Assembly: GCA_963769935.1 (NCBI GenBank)
Contig: CAVYNY010000022.1
Coordinates: 224,001-288,000, forward strand
Reading direction: 5' to 3'
Origin: an uncultured delta proteobacterium
GTDB lineage: Bacteria; Desulfobacterota; Desulfobacteria; Desulfobacterales; JAFDCJ01
DNA length: 64,000 nt
In this document: positions 41,014-50,695 of the stretch, one piece after another
Numbering within the stretch: the first letter of the stretch is position 1
Layout of the letters: every line of letters begins with the position of its first letter
Made by a program: the position numbers and the translations under genes
The notes under the pieces: model-generated
What the model saw: only the letters and a program-made list of their open reading frames with translations
Databases searched by the model: none
Told to the model about the DNA's origin: nothing

Positions 41014-41988
41014 TCAACTATTTTTATTCAAACAGCACTTTTTATATTTTTTCCCACTGCCGCAGGGGCAAGGATCATTTCTGCCGACTTTCGGCGAATC
41101 TCTTTTAAACGGAACTACCTTTCCGCCCTCCTCAAGCGTCCCTCGTGATTTATTCTTTTTATAATTGGCCGCCAGTTCGTTTAGTTCTTTTTGCCTGGCT
41201 TTTTGTCTTTCTTCTTGTTCTTTTCGTTTTCCGAAAATATCCGGCATTTCTGGAATATTCACATTATGGATTATGCTGAGACATTCCAGATCATCCCCTA
41301 TGTAAGTTGCATCATTTTCATTGGCATAAACATGCTGCAATTTTTCAATCCCTCGAGGATCACCAATGCCTCGCAAACAACCAGCAAACAATTCATATGA
41401 ATCCATATCATAGTTTTCGTCCTCCCATCTCTGCAAAGCAAGATCATAGGCCTCAGAATAAGGAAGATACTCAAGAATTGAAAAGCTTTGCCAGTCGTCT
41501 AATTCTTTGTTTTTAATTGCAGCAAGAATAACTTCGTCTGCGGACTCATCCAGTGCATTCATTGATCTAATCGCATCACTGTAAATATAATCCATTCTGT
41601 TCTCGTTGTCGATTTTTCCAAGATATTCTAAAATACCCCAAAAAGCTTCTGCACTTTTAACAGATGAAAAATATTCGAGCATCACATCGATGGCTGGTTC
41701 ATAAAACTTATTTCCCAGAGCTATTGCACAGTTACTGGGGATATTACCGTGATCCTTTTTAAAACTATCTAAGATAGCCGGTGCGTGCTGAAAAGCTTCA
41801 TGCATCGCAAGATATCTTGGAGCAGCGCATGCCAAATGCTCGACCTCATCGCCAATAAGGATACTTACTTCGTCTGTGTACCTGTTCGGATAATGGTTCT
41901 CTATAGCTGCGAAAGCCCAGCACCGGACTATTTTATTTTGATGGGATAGATGATTTACATAGTCTTCATAATTCCAGAGTTTACTCAT
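41014..41988 (-). CDS. HEAT-like repeat protein with C-terminal SEC-C motif
   Basis: [14 protein letters not shown]-like segment; [20 protein letters not shown]. Confidence 0.8.
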   Translation of the reverse strand: MSKLWNYEDYVNHLSHQNKIVRCWAFAAIENHYPNRYTDEVSILIGDEVEHLACAAPRYLAMHEAFQHAPAILDSFKKDHGNIPSNCAIALGNKFYEPAIDVMLEYFSSVKSAEAFWGILEYLGKIDNENRMDYIYSDAIRSMNALDESADEVILAAIKNKELDDWQSFSILEYLPYSEAYDLALQRWEDENYDMDSYELFAGCLRGIGDPRGIEKLQHVYANENDATYIGDDLECLSIIHNVNIPEMPDIFGKRKEQEERQKARQKELNELAANYKKNKSRGTLEEGGKVVPFKRDSPKVGRNDPCPCGSGKKYKKCCLNKNS

Positions 41989-42066
41989 ATTGTTTCCTAT
42001 TCCTGCGATATTTGTTGGTCCAGTCTAAAGATTATAAGTAAATGCCATGGTTTCAAACATTTCGAT

Positions 42067-42336
42067 TCAGAAAATTCCAAAATAACTGATAAAATACAGC
42101 CACCGGACCAGAGCCGGTGAGAATATACCTGCAACGACAAAGTAGGGAAACGCCTTGGATTTCAAATAATAGACCGGAAGCGTCGGCAATGAAATAAGTA
42201 AAAATATAACGGTTCCCACCAGGGTCACCATCAACATGGCGGACGTAGCGTTGGTTCTTTCAATTGCTTTCTTCAGCAGCATCATGGTTACACCGATAAG
42301 AAAGGATGTAATTATCGCCAGGGTTGCTGCCGGCAT
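42067..42336 (-). pseudogene. 3'-truncated EamA/DMT transporter
   Basis: 89 aa, three TM helices, FVVAGIFSPALVRWLYF then an abrupt stop. Confidence 0.6.
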
Positions 42337-42348
42337 GGTAGTTGCTTT

Positions 42349-42503
42349 AGTTGAATGGTTGATTAGTTGATTGAGTTTATTGAGTTGATTCAGTTGATGG
42401 GTTGACTGGGTGATAACTTAAAAATAAACCGTTGGGATTGTTGATCGTTGATGGTTGATAGCAGAAAGGCTGGAAAGCTAGGATGCCGGGAGGCTGGAAG
42501 GCG
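42349..42503. repeat. Mosaic repeat stack
   Basis: TTGATTGAG 9-mers (reverse of the 37610 word), GTTGAT[C/G/T] 7-mers, AGGCTGGAA 9-mers. Confidence 0.8.
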
Positions 42504-42542
42504 GTATTCGACGAAGGAAAGAAAATCGCCGCGACCGGTTTA

Positions 42543-42566
42543 ATCGTGGTTGAAAACCGCTCCCAC
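42543..42566 (-). repeat. Degenerate REP-like palindrome
   Basis: Minus strand GTGG-GAGCGGTTTTCAACCACGAT: GTRG foot followed by an imperfect palindrome. Confidence 0.45.
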
Positions 42567-42695
42567 CCACCATTGGATACGGCTTTGAAACATCCTCAGA
42601 CGACTTTTTCCGACCAGTTGGTTCAGTCATGTACTCCAGGATGAAAACCACTCCCGCAGCCAAAATCATTTATTATATAAAATTGTGAAACAATT

Positions 42696-43766
42696 TTATC
42701 GCGGGAAGGTTTTCTTTAAGAATTTGTGGAGATCAACGGCAACCGGCATATCCACCACTTTGATTCGTCCCCCGACGATTTTCTCTTTGATATCTTTTAA
42801 TTCCACCTTCACGGAATTCGGCACGGCCCTGTTCAACTCTAAAAGATATACGGAACCATTGTCCATGCTGACCCAGTATTGCTTGCCGAATGTGCCGTCC
42901 ATATAGCTTTTAATGACTTCCTCATACACGACGGACAGGTCCATTACGACCGAGGTCAGGAGAACACCGGCCTTATCGATTGAACGTTTATCTCCGATAA
43001 CGTCAATAAACCATACCTTGCCGCCGTCTTTGGCCTTTTTGGTCGAGCAGGCCTGCAGCATGCCGAATGAGGCGCCGTCTCCCAAACCGAATATCACATC
43101 AGCCCCGACGGCAATCTGATCCTGGGCGTTGCGTTTTCCGCCGGCAGCATCCGCATACGCCGCCTCCCCGATCACACTGTAAAGGAGTCTGCTGTTCGGA
43201 TTGGAAGCATGGAGGCCCTGGGAAAATCCCGCCGACATCCGGTTCCAGGTGGGAGGTTCGGCTGAGGCAACTATTCCAACAATATTTGATCGCGTCATTT
43301 TGCCGGCCAGCCAGCCGGCCAGGTAACATCCGCCCTGGGGTTGGGTGTCGATGTCGCTGATCAGCCCCGGTGTAACGTCATGGTGATTTTCGACCGTGGT
43401 GACCTTCACGCCCGTTTCACGCGCGATTTCCGGTGCCACGGTCTGATAGCCCGATGCATGGCAAATTATCAACTCACACCCCTTGCGTACCATGTCCCGC
43501 AGGGTCGGTTTGATATCTCCATAGCCAAGGGCTTCGGCAAGTTCGATCTTGAAGCCATATTTTCGGGCGACGATTTCGAGCCCCACTTTCCCTTGTTCAT
43601 TCCAGCCCTTATCGGTGCCGGCCTCCGGCAGGGCCAGGCCCACCATTTTAGGCGGGTCCCCGGCCGAGGCAGTATTCACGGCGAAGAAGAGGAAGAATAG
43701 AAAGATGACGAATCCGCGACTATCTTTTTCCCATTTCAGTTCTCCTAGTAATGAACGATTCCGCAT
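42696..43766 (-). CDS. BMP family (purine/nucleoside) ABC substrate-binding protein
   Basis: DKGWNE, GCYLAGWLAG, GADVIF. Confidence 0.85.
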   Translation of the reverse strand: MRNRSLLGELKWEKDSRGFVIFLFFLFFAVNTASAGDPPKMVGLALPEAGTDKGWNEQGKVGLEIVARKYGFKIELAEALGYGDIKPTLRDMVRKGCELIICHASGYQTVAPEIARETGVKVTTVENHHDVTPGLISDIDTQPQGGCYLAGWLAGKMTRSNIVGIVASAEPPTWNRMSAGFSQGLHASNPNSRLLYSVIGEAAYADAAGGKRNAQDQIAVGADVIFGLGDGASFGMLQACSTKKAKDGGKVWFIDVIGDKRSIDKAGVLLTSVVMDLSVVYEEVIKSYMDGTFGKQYWVSMDNGSVYLLELNRAVPNSVKVELKDIKEKIVGGRIKVVDMPVAVDLHKFLKKTFPR

Positions 43767-43770
43767 TAAA

Positions 43771-43870
43771 GTTTGGAATTTTGAATTTCAGTCATTGTGA
43801 ATTGTCCGAAACTTGATATTTGTTATTTGGTATTTTTTTGCTGAAACCTGAACACTGACACCCGATACCT
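43771..43870. repeat. Mosaic repeat stack
   Basis: TTG[G/A/T]WAT heptamers, then CTGAAAC/CTGACAC heptamers (reverse of the 6900 word). Confidence 0.7.
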
Positions 43871-43919
43871 TCATTTTATTTCAGCATATTACAAGAAATT
43901 ACTTTATCAGCGCCTGCTC

Positions 43920-44858
43920 TCAATCCCCACCGCGCTTATAGGGGATGCACAAAGATGACGGCAAACTGGTCGACCTGGCAAAAAGAAGCAGGGCGGCAAT
44001 TACCACCAGGTAAGGCATCATTAGGATAAAATCCGGGCTGATGTTTATGCCTGCCACCTGCAAAGCGCTGGTCAGGGACAGGGCAAATCCGAACAGCAGT
44101 GCCCCCAGACAGACTTTGGCAGGGTTCCATTTGCCCATCATGACAACGACAATGGCGATATATCCCCGCCCCATAATCATGTCAGGCACAAAAAAGGCCA
44201 GATCACCCAGTGCCAGGAAGGCTCCGCCGAGGCTTGCCATGACCCCTCCCGTCAGGATCGCACAATAGCGGATACGATTGACATCAACGCCGGATGCATC
44301 GGCGGCCCACGGGGTTTCCCCGACTGCCCGAACCCGCAGTCCGAAGCGGGTTTTGTACATCAGACCATAAAAGGCCGGGACCAGCAGGAAGGCCGCATAC
44401 ACCAGCCAGTGCTGATTGAATAGTCCCTGTCCGATAAACGGGATCCCGGCAAGAAGCGGGATTGCATTGGTATCTCCGGCACCGAACAGGATTGGAAATT
44501 GATTTCCAAAGATCACCCGGTGAAGGAAGCTGCTCATGCTTTGGGCGAAGATGGTCAACCCCAGACCCACAACGATCTGATTGACGCGGAGCGTGATGGT
44601 CAAAATAGCAAACACGAGTCCCAACGTCAAGCCGACGACTCCGGCGGCCAAAAATCCGCAAACCGTACTGTTCAGCTTCAAAGCCACAACAAAGGATGAA
44701 AAAGCACCTGCGGTCATCATGCCTTCAATCCCCAGGTTCAGGAGGCCGGACCGTTCCACATAGGTATCACCCAGTGCGGCCAGCAGAATCGGCGTTGTAC
44801 CCCGTATGGTTGTAGCGATCACCGCCGTGATTAAAGCTGATTCTAAGATTCCATTCAT
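43920..44858 (-). CDS. Nucleoside-type ABC permease
   Basis: ERSGLLNLGIEG, GLRVRAVGE, GRGYIA. Confidence 0.88.
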   Translation of the reverse strand: MNGILESALITAVIATTIRGTTPILLAALGDTYVERSGLLNLGIEGMMTAGAFSSFVVALKLNSTVCGFLAAGVVGLTLGLVFAILTITLRVNQIVVGLGLTIFAQSMSSFLHRVIFGNQFPILFGAGDTNAIPLLAGIPFIGQGLFNQHWLVYAAFLLVPAFYGLMYKTRFGLRVRAVGETPWAADASGVDVNRIRYCAILTGGVMASLGGAFLALGDLAFFVPDMIMGRGYIAIVVVMMGKWNPAKVCLGALLFGFALSLTSALQVAGINISPDFILMMPYLVVIAALLLFARSTSLPSSLCIPYKRGGD

Positions 44859-45889
44859 TTAAGTACCCATCGCTTTTCTAAATATTCCGAAGCAGCGAAG
44901 AATAGAAGTGTCAGTCCTTCTAAAACATGGACAAAAAAGATTGGAACACCGAGCTCCCGTCCGACAAACTCTCCGCCAACGCTCAGAAATGAAAAGAAAA
45001 AAGCCAAAGGGATGACGGCCCAGCCGTTCAATCGGGCCAGAAAAACCAAAGGAATGGCAGCCATGGCATATTGCGGATTCCAGTTGCTCTGGAAAAGACC
45101 CTTGATGGCCAGCACATCGCTGACGCCGGCCAATCCGGCCAACCCGCCGCTGATTAACAAGCCGAAAACGGTCAGACGCGCAATGTTCATTCCGGCGTGC
45201 CGGGCAGCCTTTTTATTCTCCAGCATGACGCGAAACTGATAACCCAGGGTGGTTCGCCTGATCAGCCAGTGCATACTCAGCAGCGCGACAATGCCGACGA
45301 TCAGCCCGAGGTGAATACGGGTGAAGGGTATCATCGGCATACGATACATCAGAGGAATCAGAGTCGTTTGAGCCGGTACGGTGGACAGATCATTGATGGG
45401 CCCCTTGACCAGCCAGGTGACCAAACTGATTGCCACCCAGCTCATCATCAGCGTGGTGATAATTTCGTTGGTATCGTAGCGGGCTTTGAGTAGGGCCGGA
45501 AGCAGGATCCAGGCCATGCCGCCGGCTGTGCCCAGCAAAGCCACCGCAACCAGATAGACAGGATAGGCCAGGATGGTGGACAGTAAAGGCGCCGCCCATC
45601 CCGCCAGCATAGCGCCGATAAGAAACTGCCCTTCCGCACCGATATTCCAGAGACCGGCTGAGAAGCATGGCAGCAGCCCGGCGGAGATGATCAACAGGGG
45701 CGCCATCTTGATGATGGACTCAATCACTCCCAGGGAGGTACCCATGCCCCGTGCAAAGAGAAGGCTGAAGTAAACCACGGGGTTCTTGCCGATGATGAGC
45801 AAAATAAGCCCGCCGGTGATCAGGGAGCAAAGAATTGAAAATATCGATAAAATTGCCGGTTTAAGATTGGCCAAGGCAACGTTATTCAA
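44855..45889 (-). CDS. Nucleoside-type ABC permease
   Basis: WNIGAEGQ, NEIITTLM, SGGLAGLAG; TTG start. Confidence 0.88.
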   Translation of the reverse strand: MNNVALANLKPAILSIFSILCSLITGGLILLIIGKNPVVYFSLLFARGMGTSLGVIESIIKMAPLLIISAGLLPCFSAGLWNIGAEGQFLIGAMLAGWAAPLLSTILAYPVYLVAVALLGTAGGMAWILLPALLKARYDTNEIITTLMMSWVAISLVTWLVKGPINDLSTVPAQTTLIPLMYRMPMIPFTRIHLGLIVGIVALLSMHWLIRRTTLGYQFRVMLENKKAARHAGMNIARLTVFGLLISGGLAGLAGVSDVLAIKGLFQSNWNPQYAMAAIPLVFLARLNGWAVIPLAFFFSFLSVGGEFVGRELGVPIFFVHVLEGLTLLFFAASEYLEKRWVLK

Positions 45890-45897
45890 GGCAGCCT

Positions 45898-47433
45898 CTA
45901 TTCACAAATTCCGAGCATGAGTTTTGCGACTCTCTCAGTTGTCGCATCAGCCCGAGCCATCAACCCTGCGATTTGTCCATTGAATAAAACCCCGATGCGG
46001 CTGCTTAAACCGAAAAGCTCATCAATATCCGCGGTGAGCAGCAAGACGGCCGTACCTTGGCGGCTTTCTTGCACGAGCAGGTCCTGTATAAATGCAACCG
46101 TTTTGGCATCGAGTCCGTATGTCGGACTGTTGCAGACGATCAAGTCCGGGGACCCGGATAGACCGCGGGCTAGAATGAATTTTTGAATATTACCCCCGCT
46201 GAGGGTGCGGATGGGGACGTTGGGGCCGGTGGCCCGGATCCCGAAGTGTTGGATCAGGCCGGCGGCAAATGATTGTACCTTCAGTCGGTTTAAAATACCC
46301 CAGTGTGAATACGGTTGCCGGGCATAGCTTTGTAGAATGGCGTTCTCAGCCAGGTCCATATCCGGAACACAGCCTTCATTAATGCGGTCATCGGTGATAT
46401 AGCTGATGCCCAGCTCAAATCGTTCGGCGATGTCCTTTCGAGTAATGTCTCGTCCCCGATAAATCAATTGGCCCGATGTGATTCGTTGCTGTCCGCCGAT
46501 AATCTCGGCCAGCAGACGCCGGCCTTCACCCTCGACGCCGGCCAGGCCCAATATTTCACCTTTGCCGATGCTAAAAGAGATGTCTTTCAGACCGATCCGG
46601 CCGCGACTGTCCAACGCTTCAACCTGCTTTAACTCTAAAACCGGCTGATCGCCGACTACCTGTTCTACTGCAATCCCGGCTTCGGAGACGGGAACGGTTC
46701 CAAACATTAAGGCCAGAATCTTTTCCGAGGCGGCTTCGTTATCCAGGGCCGTGAGTGACCCTTTTGACAATTCGGCGGTTTTTTTCCCCGACCGCATAAT
46801 GGTGATGCGATCCGATAGCGCGAGGGCTTCCCTTAAATTATGCGTGATTAAGACAACGGCTTTACAGGCCTTGCGCAATGACAGCAACGTTTGAAACAGG
46901 CTCTCGGCCTCGGCCGGAGAAAGCATGGAAGTCGGTTCATCCAGGATGAACACATCGGAATCACGAAAGAGCATTTTCAGGATTTCGGTCCGTTGGCGGT
47001 CACTGATCGAAAGATCCCGGATCTCTCTGTCGGGATCGATGAGGAGACCGTATGTTTCAGTGATTTCCTGAAATTTCCGGCGTGCCTTTTTATTGTTCAA
47101 GAAAAAACCGTCCTCGAATCCGAGGATGAGGTTTTCAATAACGGTTAAATTGGGCACCAGGGTAAAGTGTTGATAGACCATCCCGATTCCCAGTCTCAAG
47201 GAATCCCGGGGTGAGCGTATCCGGACCGGTTGATCATGGACACGTATGGATCCGGTATCCGGCTGGTAGACCCCCGAAAGGATCTTCATCAGGGTTGTCT
47301 TGCCCGCACCGTTTTCCCCCAGAATACTGTGAATTTCACCGGGGTGCAGGTCAAAATCGACATTATCGTTGGCGACCACGCCCGGGAAGCGCTTCGTAAT
47401 GCCGGTTAATTGCACGAGCGAATTAACGTTCAT
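45898..47433 (-). CDS. Nucleoside/sugar ABC ATPase (two NBDs)
   Basis: KRFPGVVAND, GENGAGKT, ILDEPT, LSGGNIQK. Confidence 0.92.
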   Translation of the reverse strand: MNVNSLVQLTGITKRFPGVVANDNVDFDLHPGEIHSILGENGAGKTTLMKILSGVYQPDTGSIRVHDQPVRIRSPRDSLRLGIGMVYQHFTLVPNLTVIENLILGFEDGFFLNNKKARRKFQEITETYGLLIDPDREIRDLSISDRQRTEILKMLFRDSDVFILDEPTSMLSPAEAESLFQTLLSLRKACKAVVLITHNLREALALSDRITIMRSGKKTAELSKGSLTALDNEAASEKILALMFGTVPVSEAGIAVEQVVGDQPVLELKQVEALDSRGRIGLKDISFSIGKGEILGLAGVEGEGRRLLAEIIGGQQRITSGQLIYRGRDITRKDIAERFELGISYITDDRINEGCVPDMDLAENAILQSYARQPYSHWGILNRLKVQSFAAGLIQHFGIRATGPNVPIRTLSGGNIQKFILARGLSGSPDLIVCNSPTYGLDAKTVAFIQDLLVQESRQGTAVLLLTADIDELFGLSSRIGVLFNGQIAGLMARADATTERVAKLMLGICE

Positions 47434-47739
47434 GATCGTTGAGATCGTTGAGATCGTGAAATATGCACTTTGCGCCTTACCCTATACTTTATACTTTAAT
47501 ATCTTATACCCTATGCTCTTTGCCCTCTGCCCTATGCTCCATGACCTTTGCTCCATGCCCTATGCCTTTTGCCCTATGGTCTATGCCTTCGCCTCTTTCT
47601 TAGCCTTCCGTCATTCCAGCTTCCCATCTTTTCCTTATTCTCACTCTCTCACCATGTACCACTTTCCCCGTTTCCCCGTTTCAATCTTTTCAAACTTTCT
47701 GATCTTCTAATCTTCTGCTCTTCTCGTCTTCTAACCCTC
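47434..47739. repeat. Mosaic repeat stack filling the whole intergenic gap
   Basis: GATCGTTGA x3, TATACTT, TATGCCC (about x10), TTCCAGCTT, TTTCCCCG x2, TCTTCTNN x5. Confidence 0.85.
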
Positions 47740-49608
47740 TCACTCTCCCATATCATCCAGTTCTTTTAACTCACGATTAAACTCAGCATTTCGAGTGTCC
47801 AACTCACCGGTGACTTTTTCAAGTTCATTAAACAGGTAGTCAATTGCCGTTTGACAGGCATGGATGGAGCGGGAGAGCCCGGCGATGCGGATCCCGTCCT
47901 GTTCCTCGGAAGCCTGCTGCATGGCGCGGTTGAGTTGATCCAGCTCGATTTCGCGGGTTTCGATTTCGTTTTCAATACTCTTGATACGCTTTTCAAGCGG
48001 TTTTACCGTTTTCGATCTCAGGTTGGTGATCTCGGATCTTTTGCGCCGCATTTCTTTTCTGGTCTGTTTGGCCGCTGCTGTTTTGAAAGTGATTTTTGAC
48101 CGGCCGGCCGGTATGGCTGAATTTTCATCCTGCCAACCGCCCTTTTCGAGAAACTCCTGATATCGACCGTCGAATGTTTCGATTCGATCATTTTGAAATA
48201 CAACCAGTCTTTCAGCCAGGGAATGCAAAAACATCTCATTGTGGGTCACCATGATTACGGTTCCCTCAAAAAGGTCGATGGCGGCCAGCAATGCATCGCA
48301 GGATTCCATGTCCAGGTGGTTGGTCGGTTCATCAAGAAGCAGCAGGCTGACCGGAGTGGCCAGCAGCTTTCCCAGCATTACCCGGCTTTTTTCGCCGCCG
48401 GACAAGACGCTGATTTTTTTTAAGGCATCATCCCCGGAAAACATCATGGCACCGCAAATATTGCGGGCCCGCTGCCGGTCAATATCCGGGTGGGAATAGA
48501 GTATTTCCTCCTCGACCGTTCGGGTATCCACCAGGCTCCTGACGTTGGTTTGTTCAAAAAAGCCCTTGATCGTGGCCGGATGATATTCAACCGTTCCGGA
48601 CCGCGGCCTCAACTCGCCGGCCAACAGTTTGAGCAGGGTGGTTTTGCCTTTGCCGTTTTTCCCGACAACACAGATCCGCTCCTGCGCACCGACTGTGATG
48701 CTGAAGTCCTTTATAACATGACGCTGGTCGGTATAGCCAAACGCGAGATTGCGGGCGCTCAAGACCTGTTTGCCGGGAAACGGGCTACTGCGAAAAGAAA
48801 AGTCCAGGAATTTGACCTCCTCCAGCTTTTCTTTTTTCTCCAATTTTTTAAGGGTCTTGACGCGGGACTGGACCAGATTTGCCAGCCTGGCCTTGGCGCG
48901 AAAGCGGGTGATAAATTGCTGAATTTCTTTGCGGCGGCGTTCATCGTTAATTCTGGTTTTTTCGTATACTTCTTCATCCTGAGCGATCTGGTTGTAGTAC
49001 TTGGCGGTGTCGCCGGCAATTTTACGCAATTTGCGGCGATGGATTCCCATGGTGTGGGTGACCACTTTATCCATAAAACTGCGATCATGGGTAATGAGCA
49101 TCAGCTCATGCGGCCAGGTGCTCAAGAACTGCTCGATCCATCGAATGGAAGTGATGTCCAAAAAGTTGGTCGGTTCATCCAAAAGCAGCAGGTCCGGTTC
49201 CGCAACCAGGGCTTTGACAAGATTCAAGCGCACCTGTAGTCCACCCGAAAATTCTGCGGGACGGCGACCAAAGTCTTCCTGGCTGAAGCCCAGTCCGGCA
49301 AGAATCTTTTCAACCTTCCAGTAGTGATCCTTCTCATGGGCGGGAAGTGCGAGTATTCCTTCTTCAAGCGCCGTATCGGCCGAAAACGAAAGCTGTTGCT
49401 GAACATAAACCATGCGGTAGTTCTTCGGAATAACGATCGCGCCTGAATCCGGCTGCTCTTCTCCGGCGATCAGCCTGAAAAGGGTTGTTTTGCCATGGCC
49501 GTTTTTCCCCACCAGCCCCACCCGCTGTCTCTGGTTGATGGAAAAGGCAATGCCGTCAAAAAGGATTTGACCACCGAAACTTTTTGTCAGATTTTCTACG
49601 CGAATCAT
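47740..49608 (-). CDS. ABC-F family ATPase (YheS/Uup-like)
   Basis: Two NBDs (GKNGHGKT, GKNGKGKT; LLDEPTN x2), no TM, coiled-coil tail. Confidence 0.92.
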   Translation of the reverse strand: MIRVENLTKSFGGQILFDGIAFSINQRQRVGLVGKNGHGKTTLFRLIAGEEQPDSGAIVIPKNYRMVYVQQQLSFSADTALEEGILALPAHEKDHYWKVEKILAGLGFSQEDFGRRPAEFSGGLQVRLNLVKALVAEPDLLLLDEPTNFLDITSIRWIEQFLSTWPHELMLITHDRSFMDKVVTHTMGIHRRKLRKIAGDTAKYYNQIAQDEEVYEKTRINDERRRKEIQQFITRFRAKARLANLVQSRVKTLKKLEKKEKLEEVKFLDFSFRSSPFPGKQVLSARNLAFGYTDQRHVIKDFSITVGAQERICVVGKNGKGKTTLLKLLAGELRPRSGTVEYHPATIKGFFEQTNVRSLVDTRTVEEEILYSHPDIDRQRARNICGAMMFSGDDALKKISVLSGGEKSRVMLGKLLATPVSLLLLDEPTNHLDMESCDALLAAIDLFEGTVIMVTHNEMFLHSLAERLVVFQNDRIETFDGRYQEFLEKGGWQDENSAIPAGRSKITFKTAAAKQTRKEMRRKRSEITNLRSKTVKPLEKRIKSIENEIETREIELDQLNRAMQQASEEQDGIRIAGLSRSIHACQTAIDYLFNELEKVTGELDTRNAEFNRELKELDDMGE

Positions 49609-49850
49609 AGGTGAACGAAAGCCTTGTGTGCTGGAATATTTAAATCTGAAACTCGAAAAATAAACTATTTTTAAAAATTATGCAATTATCTCCTTTCGGG
49701 TTCATGCTTCACGTCAATCGAGGCCTACCGGGTTTCAGTCCAGATCGCCACAATTGTCAACAGAATACCACCTAAGCCGCGACTTGTCATCTTGAAAACC
49801 CTGTCCGGGCGCTCGGCAGCCAAACTGTCATCGCGGGGTGTAATCGGATC

Positions 49851-49878
49851 TTGACAAATGTTTGTAAATTAGTATGTT
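49851..49878 (+). promoter_or_regulatory. Putative sigma70 promoter of the DUF1844-ispE operon
   Basis: TTGACA-16 bp-TATGTT. Confidence 0.45.
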
Positions 49879-49976
49879 ATAAGCGCAAATTCCGGAGTAA
49901 GAAACGAAATGGCGATTGTCGAATGAAGATTAAAGCAATGCTTCAAATTCGGAGTCGACGGTGTGAACCGAACTTA

Positions 49977-50132
49977 GGGCTCACTTAAAAATAATTTCAC
50001 ATTTTATACGCCGCTGCATCCCACCTGGCTGCGTTGCGAAAGCTCGGAATATCCAGATATTCCTGCGTTTTCGCGCCTTGCCAGCCGGGCGTCGCAACGC
50101 CTAAAATTGTGAACTTACCTTTTCGTGAACCC
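49977..50132 (+). mobile_element. 156-bp MITE, copy 1 (TSD TTA)
   Basis: tta-GGGCTCAC...GTGAACCC-tta; imperfect TIR of about 25-30 bp; no credible ORF. Confidence 0.88.
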
Positions 50133-50209
50133 TTAGCAATCAAGCATTCGACTTTCGAGCGTCGGGGTTTATCATTCAACTACACGGGTTGGAGAGGAGG
50201 AGGCCGCCT

Positions 50210-50659
50210 ATGTCAGAGGACAAAAAAGATTTTGTGGTAAAGGATCGCCGAAGATTTTCCCTGGAAAGCCGGGAAGGTGAAGCCAAAGACGAGCACTCAG
50301 AGGACGGCGCCGTTCAGGCAGAAGAACCTCAAGCATCTCCATCAGGTGAGCAAAGCCGCAAATCAGAGGCCCGGAAGAAAGCTGATGCCAGTGAGGAAAA
50401 GGAACAAACGCTGCTGCCGGAAATAAATTTTGCGACCTTCGTCGTTTCTCTTAACGCATCCGCTCTGCTGCATCTGGGTGCCATCGAGGACCCTGCCACC
50501 GGCAAATCCGATAAAAATCTGCCGATGGCCAAACAAACGATCGACATTTTATGCATGCTCGAGAATAAGACGGCGGGTAACTTATCCAAAGATGAAGATA
50601 GTTTACTGAAAAATATTCTTTACGATCTCAGAATAATCTACGTCAAAGAGTCGGGGTGA
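50210..50659 (+). CDS. DUF1844 domain protein
   Basis: FVVKDRRRF, LPEINF, AKQTIDIL, KTAGNL; AGGAGG RBS before ATG 50210. Confidence 0.8.
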   Translation: MSEDKKDFVVKDRRRFSLESREGEAKDEHSEDGAVQAEEPQASPSGEQSRKSEARKKADASEEKEQTLLPEINFATFVVSLNASALLHLGAIEDPATGKSDKNLPMAKQTIDILCMLENKTAGNLSKDEDSLLKNILYDLRIIYVKESG

Positions 50660-50695
50660 TTCATGCCATTCAGCCCGGGTGCTCCGTAATCGTTA

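Noticed and set aside
47369..47769. Small ORFs over repeat stacks or MITEs (47369-47710, 47548-47769, 10200-10421, 49997-50240, 63391-63660)
   Set aside because: Periodic low-complexity translations of non-coding repeats.
49880..50190. Possible 6S or other ncRNA upstream of DUF1844
   Set aside because: Most of the structure is explained by the MITE and short TCGA-type inverted arms; no recognisable ncRNA consensus.
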